Shown here piece by piece: positions 26,576 through 36,769 of a stretch of DNA of 64,000 nt. The translations under genes were made by a program, and so were the position numbers. This DNA comes from Clostridia bacterium (GTDB lineage Bacteria > Bacillota > Clostridia > UBA1212 > UBA1255), in the NCBI GenBank assembly GCA_017935905.1, contig JAGBGO010000027.1:17289-81288 (forward strand), read 5' to 3'. Every line of letters begins with the position of its first letter. The stretch's first letter is position 1. The notes under the pieces are model-generated. The model had not been told where the DNA came from, did no database searches, and saw nothing but the letters and a program-made list of their open reading frames with translations.

Positions 26576-28489
26576 TTATTTTTGTTCAATCTTTATCTTA
26601 CCCAATAAATATTGCCGAAGTTTGGCAAAATCCGCAATACCCACCTGACCGTCATAATTGACATCCGCAGCATTTTGGTAAATGCCCGTAACCAAATCGC
26701 CCCGCAGCATTTCCTGCCTTAATTTCGCAAAGTCAGCAATGCCCACCTGGCCGTCTCCATTGATATCGCCGTAAATCAACACCGTATAGGAAATCTGCTC
26801 TACGCCGCTGTCCAAAATGGAAACCACTGTGCCGGAGGCAACCAAATCCGTATCCGCCAAAGCGCCGCCTTGGGCATTCTTAAACGCCAAGGTGACTTCT
26901 CCGGTGTTCCCCGTAACGGTCATCGCTTCCTTCAAGGAAAGGACCGTGGTTCCCGGTTCAATCTTGTGCATCCACTGCAGGCCGTGATCCACCATAAACC
27001 CACTTTGGGGCTTAAAAGAAACCACAAGTGTATTATACACAAAAATTTGCTTGTCCGCCACCATTATATTCAATTCCGAAGTCCGGTAGACCCCGCCGTT
27101 TTCATTGTAAATCACCACACGGACGGTGGTGTCTCCCGCTTGCACCGGATTCCACAGCAGCGTATTTTGATTGCGAACGACGGTGGTCCGGATTCCGTTT
27201 GGATTTTGGATGGTAAAATGGTACGTTGCACCCTCCAAAAGGCTGCACTGCAGTTTCAAATGCCCGTCTGCCCGGGGTTCTTCCCCCGTAAGGGTTGCCA
27301 CGGTCAGCCCTGCACCTTGGGCATCCTGCGCAGCAATATGATACGTGGCTGATTGCACAGAAACCGGTAGCAAAACCGTCTTTGTAAGACCGTAAACGTT
27401 TGTGACTGTAACGGAAACCGTTGTTTCTTCGGTAATTTGTTCCGGCCGCAAGTACAAAGGCTTGGTTTCCACAGAGGCAATGCCGTATTGGTCCGAGGCC
27501 TGTACGTATTTAGAAAGATGCCAAAATTCCCCTTGGGGAATCTCCGGAAGTAAAAGTGTTTCCGTCAAAATCATAGGCAGCGTAGGCGTTGCCACCTGCA
27601 CGGTTACGTTGCAGTCCGTTTCATTTCCTGCAGGATCTTTGACTTTCACAAGAAGCGTTTGCGCCCCTTCTGCCCGGGTGTCAATTTGGGTTAAATCGTA
27701 TGTAAGGGAAGGCGTCTGTCCCCGTTCATCCCGAATGTGCAGTGCATCTTGGACTTGCGCGTCAGAAAGCGCCGTTCCCGCCGCCACGTAGATTTTTCGG
27801 CTCTCTACTTGCGGCGCCTGGGTATCTTTGGTTAAAATATCTTGAGGAATTAAACTTTGTATTTGCGTTACCGGATTCTTGGCACTGCAAAAAACGCCGC
27901 AGGTAACGGTTTTTCCGTCAAATTCACCTCGCACCAAGGCAACACCCACCACTTGAATATCGTTTTTCAAAATAGCGCCGGATGCGTTGGTGTGGTTCAG
28001 TACCATTTTACAGAAATATTCCGCCCCCAAAGCGGGCTGGGTGCAGGTGTAATCTGTGGCATAAATGGACGCCGTTACCGTAAGGTACGACAGTTGCCCT
28101 GAAAGAAGTTGGGCTTTCGTCTGCGCCGCCGCGGCATCCGGTTGCGTCAGCATGGCAATTGCAATATACGCAGCGTTCTTGGAAAGCACGTCGGAATTCG
28201 TTACGGTGCTCAGACCTTGAATTTGGCGAATATCCGCAATTTCGGTTAAAATCGCCGCTTCTGTCGCCTTCAAATGGGCATCTTCATTGGCGGTATAAAT
28301 CGGAAAAGACGCGTCTAAAGACGGAAGAGTGGTCGTTTGCGCACCCGCTACCTTCTGCGCTGAGAAAAAGCCACCTACTATGACAAAGATTCCCAACAAA
28401 AAAGCCACTGCAAGCAGAACCGAGCCGGTAAAACCGTTTCGCTTCTCCCCAGTAGCATACTTTCGTTGTGGTGTTCTATCTTGTTTCAT
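26576..28489 (-). CDS. Exported multidomain protein with C-terminal dockerin
   Basis: Two Ca-binding repeats GDINGDGQVGIADFAKLRQ and ADVNYDGQVGIADFAKLRQ; Ig-like DTQAP/DPAGN repeats; degenerate CAP-like N-terminal domain. Confidence 0.85.
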   Translation of the reverse strand: MKQDRTPQRKYATGEKRNGFTGSVLLAVAFLLGIFVIVGGFFSAQKVAGAQTTTLPSLDASFPIYTANEDAHLKATEAAILTEIADIRQIQGLSTVTNSDVLSKNAAYIAIAMLTQPDAAAAQTKAQLLSGQLSYLTVTASIYATDYTCTQPALGAEYFCKMVLNHTNASGAILKNDIQVVGVALVRGEFDGKTVTCGVFCSAKNPVTQIQSLIPQDILTKDTQAPQVESRKIYVAAGTALSDAQVQDALHIRDERGQTPSLTYDLTQIDTRAEGAQTLLVKVKDPAGNETDCNVTVQVATPTLPMILTETLLLPEIPQGEFWHLSKYVQASDQYGIASVETKPLYLRPEQITEETTVSVTVTNVYGLTKTVLLPVSVQSATYHIAAQDAQGAGLTVATLTGEEPRADGHLKLQCSLLEGATYHFTIQNPNGIRTTVVRNQNTLLWNPVQAGDTTVRVVIYNENGGVYRTSELNIMVADKQIFVYNTLVVSFKPQSGFMVDHGLQWMHKIEPGTTVLSLKEAMTVTGNTGEVTLAFKNAQGGALADTDLVASGTVVSILDSGVEQISYTVLIYGDINGDGQVGIADFAKLRQEMLRGDLVTGIYQNAADVNYDGQVGIADFAKLRQYLLGKIKIEQK

Positions 28490-28704
28490 AGTTGCTTCTT
28501 TTGGTTCCTGCCTTTATCTTTCGTATAAATACCACGTACTGTTGTATTTTATCATATCAGGGGTATGCCACGCAAGTGGAATATATTCTCAGCGGGAGGC
28601 GTGGCGCGAACCTGCCGCCTGATGCAAATTACAACGAAAAACGCCCCGCAGTCCGCAGACCCAGGGCGTTCTCCTATGCATTCAGTCTCGATGTAAGACT
28701 TGAA

Positions 28705-29094
28705 TTATTTCACTTCAACAGTAGCGCCTGCTTCTTTAAGCTTAGCTTCGATAGCAGCAGCATCGTCTTTGGAAATCTTCTCTTTGATAGCCTTAGGAGC
28801 TTCGTCAACCAACTTCTTAGCGTCCATCAAGGAAGCGCCGGTGATTTCCTTAACAACCTTGATAACGTTCATCTTGTTAGCGCCTGCATCCTTAAGGATT
28901 ACGTCGAATTCAGTCTGCTCAGCTTCAGCAGCAGGAGCAGCACCAGCAGCTGCAGGAGCAGCTACCATAGCCATAGCAGGAGCTGCAGCGGATACGCCGA
29001 ACTCTTCCTCAAGAGCTTTAACAAGCTCAGACAACTCCATAACAGAGAGAGCCTTAACATCTTCAATTAACTTTGTAACTTTTTCGCTAGCCAT
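28705..29094 (-). CDS. rplL: 50S ribosomal protein L7/L12
   Basis: [21 protein letters not shown] and [11 protein letters not shown] motifs. Confidence 0.97.
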   Translation of the reverse strand: MASEKVTKLIEDVKALSVMELSELVKALEEEFGVSAAAPAMAMVAAPAAAGAAPAAEAEQTEFDVILKDAGANKMNVIKVVKEITGASLMDAKKLVDEAPKAIKEKISKDDAAAIEAKLKEAGATVEVK

Positions 29095-29148
29095 TTTAAA
29101 TTACCTCCATAAATTTTAAATATTTGTTTAATGGCGTGCCGTTTCTAC

Positions 29149-29679
29149 TTAGGCACTTTGCTTTTCTGCGATTGCGTTGAGGGCAACCACAAGACCACGG
29201 ATATTTCCGTTGAGTACGTTGACAAGACCACTGATCGGTGCATTCAAGCCACCAAGTACTCTTGCAACCAGTTCTTCCTTCGAAGGCATCTTCGAAAGAT
29301 CTTTGACTTCCGCTGCGGAAATCACCTTTCCGTCCAGAATACCACCCTTTACTTCCAGCTTGTCGAATTTAGCTTCGTACTCGCAAAGAATCTTGGCAGC
29401 ATCTGTATAGGAGTCTGCAGACGTAGCGATGGCCGTAGGACCTTTGAACATATCCTCTGTACCGTCGATACCGATTTCCTTCGCTGCTCTTAAAGCAAGC
29501 GTGTTCTTTCTTACTGCAAACTTAACACCTGCTTTACGAAGTGCATTACGCAGTTCTGTATCCTGCTCTACGGTCAAACCTCTGGTAGATACCATTACGG
29601 TTGCCAAAGAAGCTTTCATTTCCTCTGCAATTTGTGCAACTTCAGCCTGCTTTGTTTGTAAAATTTTCTCACTGGGCAT
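29149..29679 (-). CDS. rplJ: 50S ribosomal protein L10
   Basis: RGLTVEQDTELR, KNTL and GPTA motifs; RBS GGAGGTG before MPSEK. Confidence 0.95.
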   Translation of the reverse strand: MPSEKILQTKQAEVAQIAEEMKASLATVMVSTRGLTVEQDTELRNALRKAGVKFAVRKNTLALRAAKEIGIDGTEDMFKGPTAIATSADSYTDAAKILCEYEAKFDKLEVKGGILDGKVISAAEVKDLSKMPSKEELVARVLGGLNAPISGLVNVLNGNIRGLVVALNAIAEKQSA

Positions 29680-29717
29680 CCAATAAACACCTCCTCTCGA
29701 GAATTGAACGCATATAT

Positions 29718-29840
29718 CAAAAACCCTTCTGCACACAAAGACACAGAAGGGTTTACGATCATTGTTTCCGTAAAATCTCTCCTCGGCGGGACTTACGTGA
29801 GATCCTGTTGGATTTCAATGCCTGCTGTCTTTGGTTCAAT
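29718..29840 (-). ncRNA. L10 leader (ribosomal protein autoregulatory attenuator)
   Basis: CCAAAGACAGCAGG...CCCGCCGAGG core followed by a terminator CCCTTCTGTG...GCAGAAGGG-TTTTT upstream of rplJ. Confidence 0.8.
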
Positions 29841-29874
29841 CTTGGCTTTCAATATTAAATTGAAACTTTCCGGA

Positions 29875-30555
29875 TTAGCCTTTGAAGCGAACTCCGGGGC
29901 CCATGGTAGAAGTTACCACGATGCTCTTAATATACTGGCCTTTCGCAGAAGCGGGTTTTGCCTTTACGATTGCATCGTACAACGTAGTGTAGTTCTCACC
30001 CAACTTCTCCGGTCCGAAGGAAGCCTTACCGATTACACAGTGGATAATGTTTGTCTTGTCCAATCTGTACTCGATCTTACCTGCTTTCAGATCGTCAATA
30101 GCCTTCTTAACGTCCATTGTAACGGTTCCGGCTTTGGGGTTCGGCATCAAGCCCTTAGGACCTAATACTTTACCGAGACGGCCTACAAGACCCATCATAT
30201 CCGGTGTTGCAACGATAACGTCAAATTCAAACCAGTTCTCGCCCTGGATCTTTGCAACAAGATCCTCAGCACCTACATAATCAGCACCTGCTGCTTCTGC
30301 CTCGTCTGCCTTTGCACCTTTTGCAAAAACAAGTACGCGAACCTTCTTACCGGTTCCGTGGGGCAGTACAACTGCACCTCTAACCTGCTGGTCAGCATGT
30401 CTGGAGTCAACGCCGAGTCTGAAATGTGCCTCGATCGTCTCGTCAAACTTTGCTTTCGCTGTCTGTACGACAACGTTAAGACCTTCTGCAGGATCATAGA
30501 GTTTTGCTTTATCTACCAGCTTAGCGCTGTCTTGATATTTCTTACCTCTAAACAC
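29875..30555 (-). CDS. rplA: 50S ribosomal protein L1
   Basis: [32 protein letters not shown] and STMGPG motifs. Confidence 0.97.
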   Translation of the reverse strand: MFRGKKYQDSAKLVDKAKLYDPAEGLNVVVQTAKAKFDETIEAHFRLGVDSRHADQQVRGAVVLPHGTGKKVRVLVFAKGAKADEAEAAGADYVGAEDLVAKIQGENWFEFDVIVATPDMMGLVGRLGKVLGPKGLMPNPKAGTVTMDVKKAIDDLKAGKIEYRLDKTNIIHCVIGKASFGPEKLGENYTTLYDAIVKAKPASAKGQYIKSIVVTSTMGPGVRFKG

Positions 30556-30597
30556 AACAATTCACGCTCCTTATCACAAAATCTTAACCTTGCCGAA

Positions 30598-31023
30598 TTA
30601 GTCGACAACAACGATGCCCATGCTTCTCGCAGTACCTGCGATCATGCTTGCTGCGGCCTCTACAGACGCAGCATTCATATCTGCTTGCTTCTGCTCTGCC
30701 AGTTTCAACAGGTCTGCCTTAGAAATCTTAGCGACCTTGTCACGGTTGGGCTTACCGGATCCCTTCTCGACCTTGCATGCTTTCTTGAGCAATACAGCAG
30801 CCGGAGGAGTCTTTGTGATAAACGTAAACGTTCTGTCTGCGTAGACAGTGATAACAACAGGAATAATCAATCCTGCGTCCGCTTTCGTCTTCTCATTGAA
30901 CTCTTTACAGAATCCCATGATGTTCAGGCCATGCTGACCTAAAGCTGGTCCAACCGGTGGTGTAGGTGCAGCCTTACCTGCAGGAATCTGCAGCTTAATC
31001 AATGCTACTACCTTCTTTGCCAT
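30598..31023 (-). CDS. rplK: 50S ribosomal protein L11
   Basis: [11 protein letters not shown] and GTARSMG motifs. Confidence 0.97.
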   Translation of the reverse strand: MAKKVVALIKLQIPAGKAAPTPPVGPALGQHGLNIMGFCKEFNEKTKADAGLIIPVVITVYADRTFTFITKTPPAAVLLKKACKVEKGSGKPNRDKVAKISKADLLKLAEQKQADMNAASVEAAASMIAGTARSMGIVVVD

Positions 31024-31104
31024 AAACGTCCACCTCCCAAAATAATTAGAAAAAAAATCTATGCAGTCAATTTCGCATTGGCGAAACTGTACAGCCTAAG
31101 TAAA

Positions 31105-31644
31105 TTAGAATATTCTTTGGATTTGAGAATATTCCAGTTCCGCGGAAATCTCGCGGCCAAACATGGATACTTTAACCTTAACCTGAGCCTTCTCGGGGTT
31201 GATGCTCTCAACCACACCGGTGAAGTTCTCCAAAGGTCCGGAAAGAATCCGTACGGAATCGTTGATTTCGTAATCCACAACTGCCTTTGCAGTAGCATCT
31301 ACACCCAAAGCAGCAATTTCTTGCTCCGTAAGGGGTGTGGGTTTGTTGCCAAGACCAACAAAGCCTGTTACTCCACGGATATTCCGAACAACATACCACG
31401 TATCGTCGGTCATAATCATCTTCAACAAAATATATCCGGGGAAGATTTTCTTCAACGCAGACTTCTCGCGACCTTCTTTAATCTCAACTTCCTCGAGCAT
31501 CGGGATAACGATTTCAAAGAAATAGTCCTGCATGCCACGATTCTCAATGACACGCTCTAAGCTTGCCTTCACTTTGTTCTCATAGCCGGAATAAGTATGC
31601 ACAACGTACCAAAGCGGTTCACTGGAAACACCTTCTATAAACAT
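31105..31644 (-). CDS. nusG: Transcription factor NusG
   Basis: WYVVHTYSGYENKV, FPGY, GVTGFVG motifs and KOW domain with MFGRE. Confidence 0.96.
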   Translation of the reverse strand: MFIEGVSSEPLWYVVHTYSGYENKVKASLERVIENRGMQDYFFEIVIPMLEEVEIKEGREKSALKKIFPGYILLKMIMTDDTWYVVRNIRGVTGFVGLGNKPTPLTEQEIAALGVDATAKAVVDYEINDSVRILSGPLENFTGVVESINPEKAQVKVKVSMFGREISAELEYSQIQRIF

Positions 31645-31690
31645 GCTGCTGTCCTCCCTTCAAGTAAAATACTTCTCGTCCGAACTGATA

Positions 31691-31927
31691 TTAACTCCAA
31701 CGCTCGATCAGCGTCATCAGCGCCTTCATTCCCGAATCACACAGGAAAATAATCAGTCCAACGACCAGGCAGAACGCAAGAACGGAAAGCGTGTTGATTA
31801 AAACCTGCTTCTTGGTAGGCCACGTAACTTTCTTTAACTCCGATACGATACCACGGAAGAAGCCGCCAATCTTAGAGCCGACTCTAACAAAAATATTCGG
31901 TTTCTTTTGCTTGACGTCATTCGCCAT
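31691..31927 (-). CDS. secE: Preprotein translocase SecE
   Basis: SELKKVTWPT plus one TM; position between rpmG and nusG. Confidence 0.92.
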   Translation of the reverse strand: MANDVKQKKPNIFVRVGSKIGGFFRGIVSELKKVTWPTKKQVLINTLSVLAFCLVVGLIIFLCDSGMKALMTLIERWS

Positions 31928-31977
31928 AATCCACATCCTAACTGTTAGTCAACCTAACGTTCCCTAAACAAACCGGA

Positions 31978-32127
31978 TTACTTCGTTTCTTTGTGAGCAG
32001 TATGCTTCTTACAGAACTTACAATACTTGCTCATTTCGATTCTGTCCGGATCGTTCTTCTTGTTCTTTAACGTTGTATAATTACGCTGTTTGCACTCTGT
32101 GCATGCCATAGTAACCTTTACTCTCAT
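31978..32127 (-). CDS. rpmG: 50S ribosomal protein L33 (Zn-binding type)
   Basis: Below the ORF-track cutoff; manual translation [49 protein letters not shown]; RBS GGAGG. Confidence 0.96.
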   Translation of the reverse strand: MRVKVTMACTECKQRNYTTLKNKKNDPDRIEMSKYCKFCKKHTAHKETK

Positions 32128-32163
32128 GCCGTAACACCTCCATTGCTTAAAAGCGCATTGTCT

Positions 32164-32192
32164 AATTTACCATACCGAAGGGAACTTGTCAA
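32164..32192 (-). promoter_or_regulatory. Sigma-A promoter for rpmG-secE-nusG
   Basis: TTGACA-N17-TAAATT with extended TG. Confidence 0.65.
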
Positions 32193-32247
32193 CAACATTT
32201 TTCCACTTGCACGAAAATATTTGTAAACTTTTTACGAACATCGCCCA

Positions 32248-32922
32248 TCACCCGACAAACAGTCCGATTAAAAGTCCCAAAAAGTTGTGACTGTAGAAGA
32301 ATCCGCCTACGTAAGACGTTTGAATGGCGTTCATCAGCGTGCCGCCAATGCCTCCGGTGCCAAACAAAGACAGGCCCAACATCACCGTGCTGACAATCAG
32401 CACGCCCTGGCAAAGTCCGAAAGCGATACCGCCGATCGTATCCACCTGATGTAGCACCGGCATCTTTCGAATCCCTTTCCAAATAGACTTCACGGAAAGC
32501 AACACGATCCACGTAATCACCGCCACAAGTAAAATAGACGTTGCTTTCACGACCAGGTCTGCAACGGTTTTGGCAGCTTTGCGCACACCCTGCTCCACCG
32601 CATCCTGTTTGTGGGATTCCGCTAAAATATCCACCACTTTGTCTTGCAGGAACCCCGGCAGTTCACTCTTTGCAAGCGCCTTTTCATAGCCCTCTTCCGA
32701 AGTGACCGCCTCCGAGACATACGTGTAAACCGTCTGCTCCGTAGAAGTGGCAAGAGGCGTGCGTGCCAGCACACCACCCACAACCGGCATCAGCAAATAG
32801 CCCAGCATCAGTGCAATCACCAAAGACAGGGCAGAAATCAAGGAAAGTACCAAGCCTCGCTTGGCACCCAGAAAAATACAAATACCAATCAGTGCAAGAA
32901 TAATCAAATCGACGATCATCAC
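32248..32922 (-). CDS. CvpA-family membrane protein
   Basis: IVDLIIL...GAKRG and VDTIGGIAFGLCQG motifs. Confidence 0.8.
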   Translation of the reverse strand: MMIVDLIILALIGICIFLGAKRGLVLSLISALSLVIALMLGYLLMPVVGGVLARTPLATSTEQTVYTYVSEAVTSEEGYEKALAKSELPGFLQDKVVDILAESHKQDAVEQGVRKAAKTVADLVVKATSILLVAVITWIVLLSVKSIWKGIRKMPVLHQVDTIGGIAFGLCQGVLIVSTVMLGLSLFGTGGIGGTLMNAIQTSYVGGFFYSHNFLGLLIGLFVG

Positions 32923-32936
32923 AGGGCCTCCGGATC

Positions 32937-34175
32937 CTATCCTTCAAAAGACACTCGGTAAATACCGTCCTGACACGCCACCATTACGTTCCGGTCGTCC
33001 AGATACGACACTGTACGAATATCCGAAGAAAGTTCTTGTTTACCAATATAATTCCCGACAACGTTATACATATATACGTTGCGGTCTGTATATGCCACCA
33101 CCGTGTTCCCCAGGGACAAAACTTTTTCGATTCGCCCCTCTACCTCTACGCGATGTTTTTCCTTGCCCGATTTATTATAATATATTAAGGAAGAAACCGT
33201 GCAGGAAGATTCCGTTACGTTCTCCTCACGGAAGGCAGCGACGCAATACCGTTCGTCTGCACAAACCGCATCCGCAAGCGCCAACCGCCCGCCGCCGGCA
33301 GACCACACTTCAAGATTCACGTCTTTGTCAGAAGAAGCCGTGCCAACTCTGCGCAACAATCGAAGCGATTGGGAATTCGCTGCAAAAAGCGTGTCCTTAT
33401 TCAAATATTGCAAAATCGGGTAAACCTGCCCTTCCGTAACTGCCGTAGAGATGACTTCGCCGTCCCGTGTGCGCATAAATACCACGCTGCCGGTCATCTC
33501 GCCACCGGATTCATAAACGCCGGAGAGCGCCAAAAAGTCCGGATACGCAGACTGGGCGCCGGCAATCATGTGGTACGTGCCAAACTTACGGGTAAAAACT
33601 TCATTCAGAATACCGTCGTTGCAGGTTAAATAAGTCGCGGAGGTTTCAAAGTCGTTTTGCCGGCAAAGCACGATTAAAGAAGCGCCGGAATCCCCGGAAA
33701 AGGCGCCGATCACCGGCACCGCAGAATCATAGCGGAAGCGCTGACCGTTTGCATCAAAAGCCCAAATGCATTTCCCCCCGTATTCAGAGATCAGCACGAA
33801 AGATTCGCCGCAGCGCATAAGCGGCTTTTCAATGGTGCAACGTACGTTCCACTTCCACACGCCGTCCCGATCCAAACCGGTTACGCCGTTCTCATCACAA
33901 AGAATAATGCAGTCTTGGACCGCGCCGATGACATAATCTCCCCTAGGTTCGTACTCAATTTGCGTCAGCACCGGCGTAACGGAAATATCCCGCTTAATGC
34001 CCATAGCGTCCAGTAATTTCTCATAAATGCCAAAACTGTATCCAAGAATCAAAATCAACACAAAAGCAAGAACACCCAAAACGGTATACGTAATACGTCT
34101 CCTGCGTCGCTGCTGTTGCTTCAATGCTTCAAATTTCTTACGGCTGATGACCTTTTTCTCTTTTGTATCGCTCAT
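32937..34175 (-). CDS. Membrane-anchored beta-propeller-like protein (DUF5711-like)
   Basis: Basic N-terminus plus a single TM and beta-rich ectodomain; next to a CvpA-family gene as is common in Clostridia. Confidence 0.6.
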   Translation of the reverse strand: MSDTKEKKVISRKKFEALKQQQRRRRRITYTVLGVLAFVLILILGYSFGIYEKLLDAMGIKRDISVTPVLTQIEYEPRGDYVIGAVQDCIILCDENGVTGLDRDGVWKWNVRCTIEKPLMRCGESFVLISEYGGKCIWAFDANGQRFRYDSAVPVIGAFSGDSGASLIVLCRQNDFETSATYLTCNDGILNEVFTRKFGTYHMIAGAQSAYPDFLALSGVYESGGEMTGSVVFMRTRDGEVISTAVTEGQVYPILQYLNKDTLFAANSQSLRLLRRVGTASSDKDVNLEVWSAGGGRLALADAVCADERYCVAAFREENVTESSCTVSSLIYYNKSGKEKHRVEVEGRIEKVLSLGNTVVAYTDRNVYMYNVVGNYIGKQELSSDIRTVSYLDDRNVMVACQDGIYRVSFEG

Positions 34176-34217
34176 ATAAATCTGTAACCTTTCCGGTATA
34201 ATGGTCCTTAAAGCTTA

Positions 34218-35276
34218 TTATACAATTTTTCGCCGTGTTTGTGCAAGGGTTAACAGGAACAAAATTCCCACAAAACCAAAAAGCGGATAAACAACCGAAA
34301 TTACAGAATCAAAACCAATATAAGAAAGGGGAATACCAAGAATGGCAAACACGGAACCGTACAGCGTCTTTTTACCGAACAAGCTGCCCACCGCGCCCAA
34401 ATTGCAAGCCGCACAAAGGAGCATTGCGAAGGACAGTATGCAGGAAAAAATGCGACCTAACGCAGCACTCCATGCGTAGATTGCCGCAGGCAAGGGCAAA
34501 TTCTGCGCAGCAAGTTCCGGCGGAAGAATCCCCAGACCGACAAAAATGCAAAGACCGCACGCCAAAAACATTCCGGCACCCAGCAGACTTCCCCGGCGAA
34601 TGGCGTCTTCATCCGCAGATAAATCGCCGGCTCTTCCCAAAACGCCCAGCAGGAATAGCACGTTGTAGCCGGTATAGAGGCCGCTTTTCAAGATCAGGGT
34701 GGCCATTTTAGGGATTGTAAAATGGTGCGTTGTGTGCGCGTTTGGCGTTATAAAGGCGGCAAAGATGGAAACCAAGGCAACGAAAAAGATTATGACGGGC
34801 GTGACGATTGCGCAAACCCGGGCAAATGCAGAGAAATTGCCTGTCAGCATCAGCATTGAAAAGGCTGCCACGATGCCACCGGTAAGAATGCCGAACAAAA
34901 GGGGAAAACGCCTGCAAACTGCAGGGAAAACGGGTTCCAGCACTTCCCGAATGCCGGATAGCATTGCCACGTACCCGATAAAGGCAAACATCAGGGTGGT
35001 AAGGGTAAAAAGTTTTTTCATTTTCCCCTTTGCCACGAATCCCGCCACTTGATCCACACGGGTAAATTTGCCGCGACATACAAGGGCAAGCACCCGCGCG
35101 GAAGCCAGCCCCAAAAGCAGACAAGAAGACACCCATCCAAAAGCCCCAACCGGACCTAGCGATGCAAAATAAACGAAAACCTCCCGGCCGCTGCCAAAAC
35201 CCGCGCCCACCAACGCCGACAAGAATAAACCGGCAATGATAAAAGTATTCTTGAATTTTGATTTTCGCAAAAACAT
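34218..35276 (-). CDS. YkvI-family membrane protein
   Basis: VGAGFGSGREVFVYF, LYTGYN and VYPLFG motifs. Confidence 0.8.
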   Translation of the reverse strand: MFLRKSKFKNTFIIAGLFLSALVGAGFGSGREVFVYFASLGPVGAFGWVSSCLLLGLASARVLALVCRGKFTRVDQVAGFVAKGKMKKLFTLTTLMFAFIGYVAMLSGIREVLEPVFPAVCRRFPLLFGILTGGIVAAFSMLMLTGNFSAFARVCAIVTPVIIFFVALVSIFAAFITPNAHTTHHFTIPKMATLILKSGLYTGYNVLFLLGVLGRAGDLSADEDAIRRGSLLGAGMFLACGLCIFVGLGILPPELAAQNLPLPAAIYAWSAALGRIFSCILSFAMLLCAACNLGAVGSLFGKKTLYGSVFAILGIPLSYIGFDSVISVVYPLFGFVGILFLLTLAQTRRKIV

Positions 35277-35334
35277 AGAGGGAACGCCTTTCCCGGCACT
35301 CCCTCTATAAATATTCTTCCTATATATATCTTAT

Positions 35335-36768
35335 TCAAGCCAATTTCATAATCTTCATTAAAGAATCCAGACAACCTTGCACACCGTATTTCTCGGCAGA
35401 GGAAGTGAGATAATACTGCGGACCGTATCCGCCAACGTATTTGCCGTTCACGTAGTAGTACATCGTGGTTTCATCCCGCTTGGCACAAACCACCGTATTC
35501 TTCGTGCCGTCCCGCAATTCATACTCGATTTCGCAAAGAATCTCCCCCGGAACTTCCGGTGCGCCGGACAATTCCAGTGTCTTGATTTCCAAGAAGTAAA
35601 GAGAAGTAAGCAAACGGGTAAAACCCTCTCCGGCTTCCGAAAGATTATCCGAAATACGGTGACCTTCGAAAATATACGTAGGCTTGTTGTCCTTATCAAA
35701 TTCATACTGCATCGTACGCGTTACACCGTTCATCGTAATACGCACGGCGGAAAGTTCCGTATACATAACCATATAGACGACTTTATCTGCGTACGTAAGC
35801 GGATCCAAATCCTTAAACGTAACCGAGCTTTCATTGATCAAGTATACGTCCCGGCCGTCGTCTACAGTAGCATAATATTGAGTGCCATCTTTCGTTTTGT
35901 TCCCGATATGAAGCGTAATGGTCTTCTCCGGAGATGTAAACGATACGCTGTAGGCAGACGGAGATAATCCGTAAGTGGCCAGATCTTCGCACTGAACCTC
36001 TGCAATATCTTTAATGCTGATCGCCAGCACTTTACTCAGCCAGGTTTCAATATTTTCGTTATTGCCTTTGCGCTGCAGCGGATAGGACATGGTCCAAACG
36101 CGTGAAGCGTCAACTTCACCGCTGATCTTAGCAGACAACTCCAAAGTGCGCTGATTGTCTTTCCATACTGTAGCCCGCACAACTTGTCCCGGATCTGAAA
36201 AATCAAAAATGGTCTTTGAAATGAGTGCGCCCTTGTTCAGCAACACGCCGTTTTGAAAACCTTTTGCATATAAATAGATGGTTTCCGAACCTTCAAGCCA
36301 AATATAGTGAGCCGTAGACGCAGTATTCATTCCTCCGAAAATGGCGGTATATACCGTGCCGTCTTTCATCGTGATCGCTAACCTGGTCTGACCATCCAAA
36401 CCAAAATCTGTCCGAACAGCGTCCGTCACAACGCCTTCATAAACAATCGCACCGTCATAGGCATACAATTTTGCAATCAAGGACTTGACGTTGGCTTCTA
36501 CGATCGTAATTTCCGGATAGGTGGTGCACGTCCAACGGTCATTGTTCTTCTCCAAAACCAAATGATCCGTACCCACACATTCAATGCCTACAATTTGGCT
36601 TTGCGTCTCTTGATCTGCACTAAACGGAAACACGTAGCCGCTGTTGTTTTCTTCAGGAGGCTGTGTAGCACCGGGATCGTCGCTTCCTACGTTCTTAACG
36701 AGCAAAAACGCCGCCACCGCCGCAACAATCAATACAATCGCAATAATCGCAGTCTTATATTGTTTCAT
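35335..36768 (-). CDS. DUF4340-domain membrane-anchored protein
   Basis: Repeated DFGL/LATYGLSP...LHIGNKT units; downstream of the GldG-like gene. Confidence 0.75.
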   Translation of the reverse strand: MKQYKTAIIAIVLIVAAVAAFLLVKNVGSDDPGATQPPEENNSGYVFPFSADQETQSQIVGIECVGTDHLVLEKNNDRWTCTTYPEITIVEANVKSLIAKLYAYDGAIVYEGVVTDAVRTDFGLDGQTRLAITMKDGTVYTAIFGGMNTASTAHYIWLEGSETIYLYAKGFQNGVLLNKGALISKTIFDFSDPGQVVRATVWKDNQRTLELSAKISGEVDASRVWTMSYPLQRKGNNENIETWLSKVLAISIKDIAEVQCEDLATYGLSPSAYSVSFTSPEKTITLHIGNKTKDGTQYYATVDDGRDVYLINESSVTFKDLDPLTYADKVVYMVMYTELSAVRITMNGVTRTMQYEFDKDNKPTYIFEGHRISDNLSEAGEGFTRLLTSLYFLEIKTLELSGAPEVPGEILCEIEYELRDGTKNTVVCAKRDETTMYYYVNGKYVGGYGPQYYLTSSAEKYGVQGCLDSLMKIMKLA

Positions 36769-36769
36769 C

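Noticed and set aside
25669-28489. Cellulosome gene cluster
   Set aside because: Only one cohesin-like domain, and no CBM3 or glycoside hydrolase motif is recognisable.
28492-30942. Long + strand ORFs opposite rplL, rplJ, rplA and rplK
   Set aside because: Antisense shadows of highly biased ribosomal protein genes, with no RBS or recognisable motifs.
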